From assembly GCA_044359815.1 (NCBI GenBank), contig JBIKLL010000002.1, positions 79,494 to 143,493 of the forward strand: a stretch of 64,000 nucleotides of DNA. The letters run 5' to 3'. The position numbers and the translations under genes are program-made. This stretch comes from Pseudobdellovibrionaceae bacterium. GTDB taxonomy: Bacteria > Bdellovibrionota > Bdellovibrionia > Bdellovibrionales > Bdellovibrionaceae. The notes under the pieces were generated by a model. It was not told where the DNA came from. It ran no database searches and saw only the letters and a program-made list of their open reading frames with translations. Below are positions 44,430-54,180 of this stretch, piece after piece (positions within the stretch are counted from its first letter, which is position 1; each line of letters opens with the position of its first letter).

Positions 44430-44582
44430 GTATCCATGACTACTCAATATTTGAGTAGGGAAAAAATACCTATTCAAAAGCTTATTTAAAGTATTCAAAC
44501 GAGAATAATCATAGATATCCATGATGAGAATTTAGTTATTCAATAGAGTATTCAGAGTTTGTTTTCAGTTAATTTGGAATTC

Positions 44583-45065
44583 TTAGCGACTCTTTGATTT
44601 GGTATCTTTTGATTCTGAAAGTTCTTGAATTCTTTTTTTAACATTCCAGCTTCTGGATGTATTTTCAAGTTTCTGCTGATTTTTATACATTACGTATTCA
44701 TTGGGATCTGGCCATGGCTTTCCCGATGCAAATGCTTTCATATACTCTGTTCTAGCGTGAATTTTTCTGCTTTCCTTTCTAACTTCCCAGTATTTTTTAA
44801 GTTGATTCAACTTTTCTATTCTGTTTTTTGATTCCCATATTCTTTTTTGTGCAAATTTAATTTGCCCTGTTTGGGGAACCACATTCTCAAAACTGGTTTG
44901 ATTCTCTGTTAGTTTTGCCTTTTCAGCTGTTATTTCTGCATCAACACTAGCTACTTGAGATTGGATGTTGGCATAGATCGGATCTAATGTTTCAGGATTT
45001 GGGTTTGGCTTGTTACAGCCAACTGCCGATACTATAATAAGTAAGAATAAAATTTTATGCGCCAT
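44583..45065 (-). CDS. hypothetical lipoprotein
   Basis: Start revised to MAHKILFLLIIVSAVGC (lipobox); coiled-coil-like body. Confidence 0.75.
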   Translation of the reverse strand: MAHKILFLLIIVSAVGCNKPNPNPETLDPIYANIQSQVASVDAEITAEKAKLTENQTSFENVVPQTGQIKFAQKRIWESKNRIEKLNQLKKYWEVRKESRKIHARTEYMKAFASGKPWPDPNEYVMYKNQQKLENTSRSWNVKKRIQELSESKDTKSKSR

Positions 45066-45080
45066 GTTCCACGTGGAACA
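45065..45080. promoter_or_regulatory. parS centromere site
   Basis: Perfect palindrome TGTTCCACGTGGAACA, 73 bp upstream of parA. Confidence 0.93.
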
Positions 45081-45153
45081 TCGGAATTTTCCAATAAAAA
45101 CTTGAATTATAAATTTTATAGAGCCATACATATATGAAGAAGGAAAAATCATC

Positions 45154-45972
45154 ATGGCAAAAACAATATGTATAGCCAACCAGAAAGGTGGAGTCGGAAA
45201 AACGACTACATCTGTAAACTTAGCAGCTGCTCTTTCTGAAAATGGCAAAAAAGTTTTATTGGTCGATATGGATCCCCAGGGCAACGCATCCAGCGGACTT
45301 GGGATCAAAAGACATGTAGTTCAAGAATCCAATGTCTATCATGTTCTTATTGGCGAAAGATCAATAGATGAAATCTTGCAAAAACCCACTGAAAATGAAT
45401 TATATGTTGCTCCAGCGAATCCAGACTTAGTAGGCGCAGAGATTGAATTAGTAGAAATGTCACAGAGAGAATACAGATTAAGAGCTGCGATTGAATCGAT
45501 ATCAGACAGATTTGACTATATATTGATAGATTGTCCGCCATCTTTAGGTCTTTTGACACTTAATTCACTTTCGGCAGCAGATTCTTTCCTAGTTCCTTTG
45601 CAATGCGAGTACTTTGCCTTGGAAGGACTGTCTCAACTATTAAATACTGCTGGATTAGTTAAAAAGAATTTTAATCCAAAACTGCACATTGAGGGAATCG
45701 TTCTAACAATGTTTGATTCCAGAAATAATTTAAGCCATCAAGTGGTAGAGGAAATCCGAAGTCATTTTAAAGAAAAAGTCTTTACCTCTATTATCCCCAG
45801 GAACGTCAGATTGTCAGAAGCCCCAAGTCACGGACTATCAATATTAGCTTATGATCCTAAATCAATTGGAGCGGTTAAGTATCTGGAATTGGCTAAAGAG
45901 CTGTTGGAAAGAGATTCTGCACTGCAAAACAAGGAAAACAATATTTTAACAGAGGACAATTTAAATGTCTGA
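45154..45972 (+). CDS. parA: chromosome partitioning ATPase ParA/Soj
   Basis: NQKGGVGKTT, DMDPQGNAS, DCPPSLG, IPRNVRLSEAPSHG. Confidence 0.97.
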   Translation: MAKTICIANQKGGVGKTTTSVNLAAALSENGKKVLLVDMDPQGNASSGLGIKRHVVQESNVYHVLIGERSIDEILQKPTENELYVAPANPDLVGAEIELVEMSQREYRLRAAIESISDRFDYILIDCPPSLGLLTLNSLSAADSFLVPLQCEYFALEGLSQLLNTAGLVKKNFNPKLHIEGIVLTMFDSRNNLSHQVVEEIRSHFKEKVFTSIIPRNVRLSEAPSHGLSILAYDPKSIGAVKYLELAKELLERDSALQNKENNILTEDNLNV

Positions 45973-46921
45973 ATTATCTAAAGAATTATCAAACAAAAAA
46001 TCAAGACTTGGCAGAGGGTTAGGATCTTTGCTGGGAGCAAACGCTGAAATTGAAGAAACCAATACTGTTTCAGCACCACAACCTAAAACAACTTTGCCTG
46101 AGCCACAACCAACTAAGGTCGCAGAAATCAAAGATGACAGCAAAGTTTGGCAAGTAGCCATAGAAAAGCTGATCCCTGGAAAAAGCCAGCCAAGGACTAA
46201 TTTTGATAAAGAAGCACTGACAGAGTTAGCGGATTCAATAAAACAACAAGGTATTTTGCAGCCCATTTTAGTCAAAAAAAATTCAGAAGGAAAATTTGAA
46301 ATTATCGCTGGTGAAAGGCGATGGAGAGCTGCTCAATTAGCAGGATTGTTTGAAGTTCCAGTCTTGGTAAAAGAACTGACAGACAAGCAAAGTCTTGAAA
46401 TAGCAGTCATCGAAAACATCCAAAGGGAAGATCTTAATCCGATAGAAGAAGCATTAGCCTATCAAAGGTTAATTCAGGAGTTTACCCTGACTCAGGCTGA
46501 GGTTTCTGAACGAGTAGGTAAAGACAGAGTTACAATAACAAATGCCCTAAGGCTTTTAAATTTATCACCTTTGTCTAAACAAATGCTGATTGAAAAGCAA
46601 CTTTCAGCAGGTCACGCTAAGGTTTTATTGGCTCTAGAAGATCATGATTTACTGGATAATTTAGCAAAACAAACAGTGAAAAATGGCTGGAGTGTGAGAA
46701 AACTGGAAAATGAAGTTAAATCAGCTAAAGCACCGAAATCAATAGAGTCTATAAAAACAAATACAACGACAACAATCCTGATTGATAAAATAAAAGACGA
46801 TTTACAAAAAACTGCCGGCACCAAAGTAGATATTGAATACAAAGACGGCAAAGGCAGTATAAAAATACACTTTTATAACAATGAAGAACTTAACAAGATC
46901 GTCGAATTGATTAAAAGGTAA
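45965..46921 (+). CDS. parB: chromosome partitioning protein ParB
   Basis: LGRGLGSLL, QPRTNF, IIAGERRWRA, ENIQREDLNPIEEA, LSAGHAKVLL. Confidence 0.97.
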   Translation: MSELSKELSNKKSRLGRGLGSLLGANAEIEETNTVSAPQPKTTLPEPQPTKVAEIKDDSKVWQVAIEKLIPGKSQPRTNFDKEALTELADSIKQQGILQPILVKKNSEGKFEIIAGERRWRAAQLAGLFEVPVLVKELTDKQSLEIAVIENIQREDLNPIEEALAYQRLIQEFTLTQAEVSERVGKDRVTITNALRLLNLSPLSKQMLIEKQLSAGHAKVLLALEDHDLLDNLAKQTVKNGWSVRKLENEVKSAKAPKSIESIKTNTTTTILIDKIKDDLQKTAGTKVDIEYKDGKGSIKIHFYNNEELNKIVELIKR

Positions 46922-46923
46922 AA

Positions 46924-47280
46924 ATGGAACTACTAAAACCAGAAGAATCCAAAACATCAAATGCGGTAACAATTATCCTAGACAAAGGTTCAAGTTTCGA
47001 AGGCAAGCTGACCTTTGAAGGAACGGCGCAAATCGGTGGAGAATTTCGTGGTGAGATATTTACTAAAGATACTTTAGTTATAAATCGAGATTCAGTGGTT
47101 CAAGCTCAGATTGAAGCAGACACAATCATTCTAAGTGGAAATGTTGAGGGAAACCTTTTTGCGAGGTCGCGCGTCATCATGCATCCACCTGCTATTTTTA
47201 AAGGCACAGTTACTACGCCCAGTTTGAAAATTGAAGAAGGCGTAGTTTTTGAAGGTGCTTCATACATGCCAAAGGGTTAA
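46924..47280 (+). CDS. bactofilin (polymer-forming cytoskeletal protein)
   Basis: Beta-helix repeats FEGKLTFEG...FRGEI...VEGNL...FKGTV...IEEGVVFEG. Confidence 0.9.
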   Translation: MELLKPEESKTSNAVTIILDKGSSFEGKLTFEGTAQIGGEFRGEIFTKDTLVINRDSVVQAQIEADTIILSGNVEGNLFARSRVIMHPPAIFKGTVTTPSLKIEEGVVFEGASYMPKG

Positions 47281-47350
47281 AAATCTTGACCTGTTTTTAT
47301 TTTCAATGGTACCCAAGCCGAAATAAATCAATCAGCTGGGACATTTTCAA

Positions 47351-47785
47351 ATGGATACTCTACAGTCTCTTGGTGTTAACGAGACCATAATATATCAGTT
47401 CGTAATTTTCGCGTTTTCGCTAATTGGATTGTCATCAATTGCGTTCAAACCTTACGTTGAAGCCCTGAAATTAAGAGAATCAAAAACAAAGGGCATGGAA
47501 GAACTGGCAGAAGAAATTCAAAAACAAGCAGCTGATCTAAAACATCAATATGAACAAGAAGCTCGACGTGTTTCAGGAACGGTAAAAACAATTTTTGATG
47601 ATTACCGAGATCAAGCCAACAAGGAAGCTCAATCCATTTTAATGCAAGCAAGAGAACAAGCGCAAAAATTGATTTCGCAAAATAAAGAAAAAGTCAGTAT
47701 CGAAATTTCCGAAGCAACTAAGAAACTAAAAGCTGAAGTTCCTCAAATGGCACAACTGATAACACAGAAATTGTTAATGAAATGA
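47351..47785 (+). CDS. ATP synthase F0 subunit b'
   Basis: Single N-terminal TM, FKPY, coiled coil; first gene of the b/F1 operon. Confidence 0.85.
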   Translation: MDTLQSLGVNETIIYQFVIFAFSLIGLSSIAFKPYVEALKLRESKTKGMEELAEEIQKQAADLKHQYEQEARRVSGTVKTIFDDYRDQANKEAQSILMQAREQAQKLISQNKEKVSIEISEATKKLKAEVPQMAQLITQKLLMK

Positions 47786-48366
47786 AAAAAGAAATCAAAA
47801 TTTTATTCTATTTATTTTTAATACTTTTTGGAATGATTGCGGTCACTGAAAATGTATTCGCAGCAGGTGGAGCCCATTCAGAAGGAATTCCATATAAAAC
47901 AATAATGTTTCAAGCTATCAATTTATCAATGCTGGTAGGTTTGTTGGTTTACTTACTTAAAAAACCTTTGAAACTGTTTTTTACCGAAAAAAAGCAAAAC
48001 TTTTTAAAAGCGGCAGAAAAAGCAGAACAAATTCAAAAAATAGCTGAGCAAGAACATCTGCAGATAAAAGTAAGATTGACCAAATTACAAAGTACCTCTG
48101 ATGAATCCATTGCTAAAGCCAGAGCAGAAGCCAGTGATTTAAAAAAACAATTAATAGCAGAGGCACAGGCTACTGCTAAACGTGTAGAACTAGAAACGAA
48201 AACTACCATTGAATTAGAATTAACAAAAGCGAAGCAGCAGCTAAGGGAACAATTAATCCAAGAAGCTATTTTGCTTTCAAGATCCAGCATCTCATCAAAA
48301 GTCAGCGTAGAAGATCACAAAAGACTTGAAGGTGATTTCATTAAAAATATTGGAGTGTTAAACTGA
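47782..48366 (+). CDS. atpF: ATP synthase F0 subunit b
   Basis: QAINLSMLVGLLVYLLKKPL TM followed by coiled coil; signal-like N-terminal extension. Confidence 0.88.
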   Translation: MKKEIKILFYLFLILFGMIAVTENVFAAGGAHSEGIPYKTIMFQAINLSMLVGLLVYLLKKPLKLFFTEKKQNFLKAAEKAEQIQKIAEQEHLQIKVRLTKLQSTSDESIAKARAEASDLKKQLIAEAQATAKRVELETKTTIELELTKAKQQLREQLIQEAILLSRSSISSKVSVEDHKRLEGDFIKNIGVLN

Positions 48367-48911
48367 TGAAATTTTCAGAGGTTTCTCGCAGATACGCTAA
48401 AGCACTTTATGAGATTACTAAGGCGAACAACTCGTCAAATAAAGTTTTTGACGAGCTCAGAGCATTTAGAAATGCTATTGAAAGTGATAGAACAATTAGG
48501 GAATTTATTTGTTCGCCATCAGCTCCAATTGAAGCAAAAAAAGAAATCTTGACCAAAACCCTTACAAATAAATTTTCTAATGAAACATTGAATGTTCTTT
48601 TGCTGCTAAACGAAAAATCTAGATTATATTTATTTGATGAAGTCGTTTCAGCATTTGAATCGATTAGTGACGAAGACCATGGAGTTACACGTGGAACAGT
48701 CAGATCAGCGAATGCGCTCAGCACTGAGGCGCGCAAGAAAATTGAAGAAACAGTGTCTAAAGTAACAAACAAAAAAGTTATTTTGTCGTTTACTGAAGAT
48801 CCAAAACTTTTAGGTGGCATGGTTGCAAGCGTAGCAGGCTGGAGCTTTGACGACAGTTTGGATTTTCATCTTTCAAAATTATCAGAAGAACTAAATAGGA
48901 GAGCGAACTAA
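48366..48911 (+). CDS. atpH: ATP synthase F1 delta subunit
   Basis: RRYAKALY, DPKLLGG, DDSL. Confidence 0.95.
   Translation: MKFSEVSRRYAKALYEITKANNSSNKVFDELRAFRNAIESDRTIREFICSPSAPIEAKKEILTKTLTNKFSNETLNVLLLLNEKSRLYLFDEVVSAFESISDEDHGVTRGTVRSANALSTEARKKIEETVSKVTNKKVILSFTEDPKLLGGMVASVAGWSFDDSLDFHLSKLSEELNRRAN
48683..48698. promoter_or_regulatory. candidate secondary parS inside atpH
   Basis: AGTTACACGTGGAACA, 14/16 identical to the site at 45065. Confidence 0.5.
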
Positions 48912-48914
48912 TAT

Positions 48915-50435
48915 ATGGAAACAACTATTCGCGCAGAAGAAATCAGTCGAGTTTTAAAAGAACAAATTTCCCAGTATGGGAAAAAAGTTGAAGTCAGCGA
49001 AACCGGAAGCGTTTTAGCTGTAGGTGACGGTGTTGCCAGAGTCTATGGATTAGAAAATGCAATGGCCGGAGAGTTGGTAGAGTTTCCAAATGACATTTTT
49101 GGAATGGTTTTAAACCTAGAAGACTCTTTTGTCGGCGTGGTTATTTTTGGTGAAGACCGATTTATCAAAGAAGGTGACATCGTTAAAAGAACCAAAAAAG
49201 TTGTGCAAGTTCCTGTGGGCGAAGCTTTGCTAGGCAGGGTTGTAAATGCCTTAGGTCAGCCAATTGATGGTAAAGGTCCGATCAATTCTCCTCATAGCCG
49301 ATTTGTAGAATTGAAAGCTCCTGGGATTTTATACAGACACCCAGTTCATGAACCTTTGCAGACAGGGATTAAAGCTATCGATGCTTTGATTCCAATTGGT
49401 AGAGGACAGCGAGAATTGATAATTGGTGACAGACAAACTGGAAAAACAACTATCGCTATCGATACAATTATTAATCAAAAAGGTCAGAATGTTCACTGCT
49501 TTTACGTAGCCTGTGGACAGAAACAATCTACAATTGCAGGTGTTGTTGAGCGTCTGACTCAAACTGGCGCTATGGAATACACAACTGTAATCGCGGCTTC
49601 TGCTGCAGATCCAGCTCCATTGCAGTTTCTGTCAGTTTACGCAGGCACAGCGATGGCAGAATATTTTAGGGACACCAAAAGACACGCATTAATTATTTAT
49701 GATGATTTAACTAAACAGGCTCAAGCCTACAGACAGATGTCATTATTGCTTAGACGTCCTCCGGGCCGTGAAGCTTATCCTGGCGACGTATTTTATTTGC
49801 ACTCTCGATTACTTGAAAGGGCTTCTAAGTTGTCAGAAGACAAAGGCAGCGGATCATTAACTGCTCTTCCGATTATTGAAACTCAAGCGGGTGACATTTC
49901 TGCCTACATTCCGACAAACGTGATTTCAATTACAGATGGTCAGATATTTCTGGAAACAGATTTGTTTTACAAAGGTATCAGACCCGCAATTTCTGTAGGT
50001 AAATCAGTATCAAGGGTGGGTGGTTCTGCTCAGATCAAGGCGATGAAACAAGTTGCTGGATCAATCAAATTGGAATTAGCTCAGTTTAGAGCTCTAGAAG
50101 CTTTTGCGGCTTTTGCGTCTGATTTAGATAAGGCATCACAACAGCAATTAAATCGTGGTCGTCGATTAGTGGAAGTTTTGAAACAAGCTCAGTATTCACC
50201 GGTTAAGGTCGAAGAACAAATTGTAGAAATCTTTGCTGCCACTAATGGTTATCTGGACAGTTATTCAGAAACTTCAGTTAAAAAATTTGGTAAAGAAATG
50301 ATTGAATTTATTAAAAACAAATACAGTCAGATTTTAAAAAATATTGCTGAACAAAAACAAGTTACAGATGAAACCAAGAAGATTTTAATTTCTGCTTTGG
50401 ATGAATTTAAAGCTGTTTTTAGCGAAGGAAAATAA
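48915..50435 (+). CDS. atpA: ATP synthase F1 alpha subunit
   Basis: [32 protein letters not shown]. Confidence 0.99.
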   Translation: METTIRAEEISRVLKEQISQYGKKVEVSETGSVLAVGDGVARVYGLENAMAGELVEFPNDIFGMVLNLEDSFVGVVIFGEDRFIKEGDIVKRTKKVVQVPVGEALLGRVVNALGQPIDGKGPINSPHSRFVELKAPGILYRHPVHEPLQTGIKAIDALIPIGRGQRELIIGDRQTGKTTIAIDTIINQKGQNVHCFYVACGQKQSTIAGVVERLTQTGAMEYTTVIAASAADPAPLQFLSVYAGTAMAEYFRDTKRHALIIYDDLTKQAQAYRQMSLLLRRPPGREAYPGDVFYLHSRLLERASKLSEDKGSGSLTALPIIETQAGDISAYIPTNVISITDGQIFLETDLFYKGIRPAISVGKSVSRVGGSAQIKAMKQVAGSIKLELAQFRALEAFAAFASDLDKASQQQLNRGRRLVEVLKQAQYSPVKVEEQIVEIFAATNGYLDSYSETSVKKFGKEMIEFIKNKYSQILKNIAEQKQVTDETKKILISALDEFKAVFSEGK

Positions 50436-50441
50436 AACCGA

Positions 50442-51317
50442 ATGCCAAGCTTAAAGGATATACGGATTCGTATTGAATCCACTAAAAACACTCAGCAGAT
50501 AACAAAAGCTATGAAACTGGTATCTGCTGCCAAACTTAGAAAAGCTCAGCAACAGATTGTTAATGTAAGACCTTATGCTCGATCTTTGTTGAAGGTAATA
50601 GCTAATATTGCTGTCACTAATAAAGTGAACCATCCATTGTTGTCACCACATGAAAATACCAAAAAAGTTTTATTGATTGTTTTGACCTCTGACAGAGGTT
50701 TGTGCGGAGCTTTTAATTCTAACATTAATAAGTACACTGAAACTTTTTATCAAAAAAACAAATCAGTTTATGAAACACTGGATTTTTTGTTTATCGGCAA
50801 AAGAGCTACAGATTATTTTGCACGACGTGGAATTAAAGCTATTGATGTGATCACCAGATTGGACAAAGACGTGTCCTATGCCCTGGCATCAAAAGTAGCC
50901 GAAAAAATAATGAAAGATTTTTTAGACGGCAGTTATGATGAAATTCAAATAATTTATAACGAATTCAAATCAGCCATTTCACAAAAAGTAATTGCTGAAG
51001 TTTTATTGCCAATAGATATCTCTAAACAGTCTCTATCAGATGGAAATGATTCAGATAATTCACAGGATATGATATTTGAACCTGAACCCGAGAAAATCAT
51101 TGAACAGCTATTGGTAAAACATTTTAGCGTTCAAGTTTACAGATGTATGAGCGAATCGGTAGCCGCCGAACATGGGGCTAGAATGTCTGCTATGGAAAAC
51201 GCTACTAATAATGCACGGGATGTTTTGAACAAATTAACATTAACTTACAACAAATTAAGACAAGAAAAAATCACCACTGAATTGACTGAAATCGTCAGCG
51301 GTGCTGAAGCTTTATAG
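50442..51317 (+). CDS. atpG: ATP synthase F1 gamma subunit
   Basis: ITKAMKLVSAAKL, DRGLCGAFN, RQEKITTELTEI. Confidence 0.98.
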   Translation: MPSLKDIRIRIESTKNTQQITKAMKLVSAAKLRKAQQQIVNVRPYARSLLKVIANIAVTNKVNHPLLSPHENTKKVLLIVLTSDRGLCGAFNSNINKYTETFYQKNKSVYETLDFLFIGKRATDYFARRGIKAIDVITRLDKDVSYALASKVAEKIMKDFLDGSYDEIQIIYNEFKSAISQKVIAEVLLPIDISKQSLSDGNDSDNSQDMIFEPEPEKIIEQLLVKHFSVQVYRCMSESVAAEHGARMSAMENATNNARDVLNKLTLTYNKLRQEKITTELTEIVSGAEAL

Positions 51318-52730
<1,413 letters not shown>

Positions 52731-52732
52731 AT

Positions 52733-53140
52733 ATGTTTAAATTATTTTTGGTAACACCTGAGCAGAAAATAGTTACTGACCAAGAAATCGAAGAAATCAC
52801 TCTTCCAGGATTTAGTGGTCAGTTAAATATTTTGCCAGGCCATGCACCTATTACGACAACTTTAGAACCTGGTATACTGTCCTATAAATTACAGGGTGTT
52901 GATGGGCGACCAAGATTTGCGGTTTCTTGGGGCTATTGCCAAGTTACCCCTGAAGGCGTTTCTGTATTAGCAGAGACTGCGGCTACCAAAGAAGAAATTG
53001 ATTTACCCGTAGTTAAAAAGCATTTGGTTGAGCAGGAAAGCAAATTAACCAATGAAGCATTGGATGATTCAGCTTGGACCAACACTCAACATGAAATCTC
53101 CAGACTTAAGGCTGAGATAGAAATCAAAGAACAACTTTAG
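52733..53140 (+). CDS. atpC: ATP synthase F1 epsilon subunit
   Basis: LVTPE, ILPGHAP; follows atpD. Confidence 0.95.
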   Translation: MFKLFLVTPEQKIVTDQEIEEITLPGFSGQLNILPGHAPITTTLEPGILSYKLQGVDGRPRFAVSWGYCQVTPEGVSVLAETAATKEEIDLPVVKKHLVEQESKLTNEALDDSAWTNTQHEISRLKAEIEIKEQL

Positions 53141-53143
53141 TAA

Positions 53144-53172
53144 TTGGGAACAATTTTAAATTGCAGTACAGT
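53144..53172 (+). promoter_or_regulatory. putative sigma70-type promoter
   Basis: TTGGGA-17 nt-TACAGT, ending 6 nt before ATG 53179. Confidence 0.4.
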
Positions 53173-53178
53173 TAATGT

Positions 53179-53928
53179 ATGACGGTGCTGCCTTATCTTT
53201 TTATTTCGTTGTTTTCTTTAGCGGGTGATTATTCGGCCAGAAAAGCTGAAGAAAACTACGAAAGAATGTTGCGAGAAAAAGCAGAAAATCGCACTGAAGT
53301 TGAAATCGATTACAAGCCCGATGCCTTTGTTTCCTATCGTGAGCGTAAACAGGATTGGAGCTATTTATTTTCAATCGGTGTGGATACCTATTTGCCAGCA
53401 AAACATCAGTCAAAAGTTGACGGAGTCATGTATTCAACAGCTATAGGTAACAAAATTTCAATAATTAATTTAGCGACAGGCCTGATGTATAACACTCAAC
53501 TGTTTGGCATTTCGGCGCAGTTATTTTTCGGACAAGGAAGTACAAAATCTGGTGATTCAGGGACGGGACGGGAACTGAATCTAACCTTGAGCGGTGCAAA
53601 GGCCGGGATCTATTTTAATAATCTTTTTGAAGATCCCTATGTAGTTCCCTATGGATTAATCAAGTTTTCATTGTTTGGATGGTCAGAGCAGGTAGATGGT
53701 TCAAATCCGCAATCAGGACAGGCAGCATACAATATTGGAAGCCAAATAGGGGCCTTGTTTCAATTAAATTGGATTGAACCCGACACTTCGTTAGTGGCGC
53801 AAAACAACGGAATGCAAAATACTTACCTGGATTTCTACTTACATCAATACAACACCTCAAATGGCAAAGAAGATCCCGATTTTCAATCGGATCTGAACTA
53901 CGGCATCAGCGTCATGATGGAATTCTGA
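53179..53928 (+). CDS. exported protein, probable outer-membrane beta-barrel
   Basis: Signal peptide; VVPYG strand; C-terminal YGISVMMEF ending in Phe (beta-signal-like). Confidence 0.7.
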   Translation: MTVLPYLFISLFSLAGDYSARKAEENYERMLREKAENRTEVEIDYKPDAFVSYRERKQDWSYLFSIGVDTYLPAKHQSKVDGVMYSTAIGNKISIINLATGLMYNTQLFGISAQLFFGQGSTKSGDSGTGRELNLTLSGAKAGIYFNNLFEDPYVVPYGLIKFSLFGWSEQVDGSNPQSGQAAYNIGSQIGALFQLNWIEPDTSLVAQNNGMQNTYLDFYLHQYNTSNGKEDPDFQSDLNYGISVMMEF

Positions 53929-54180
53929 TTTTGATTTCTAAATTAGAAAGTCATTTAGGAATTATTTAGGGAATTATCCAAAATCTTTTCTATTATTTTT
54001 GCGCCTTGTGCAGCGAGCGCGCCACTGCGTATCTAAGTGTTGCGGCATCGACAGATGAAGCAACACGGGAGACGAAGTGCGGCCGTTAGCGAAAGGCGTA
54101 AAATTAATAGAAAAGATTTTGGATAATTCCCTAAATAATTCCGACAGACACTTTTTAAATTTTAGAAATCAAAATCTGAA
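53923..54180. repeat. long palindromic element with GC-rich structured core
   Basis: Perfect 38-bp arms 53958-53995/54105-54142, extendable inward to 54007/54093; outer 16-bp arms 53927-53942/54161-54176. Confidence 0.92.

Noticed and set aside
44436..44489. 17-codon ORF MTTQYLSREKIPIQKLI
   Set aside because: Too short, no convincing RBS, and it lies within the motif array.
45066..45308. N-terminal extension of the 44583-45308 ORF (similar extensions on 11678, 11901, 27425, 37520, 41805)
   Set aside because: These overlap neighbouring genes or intergenic signals; downstream starts fit RBS, signal peptide or family N-termini better.
53958..54142. Classical MITE or IS remnant
   Set aside because: Arms are not shared with the other element, no direct target-site duplication was seen, and there is no transposase in the window.
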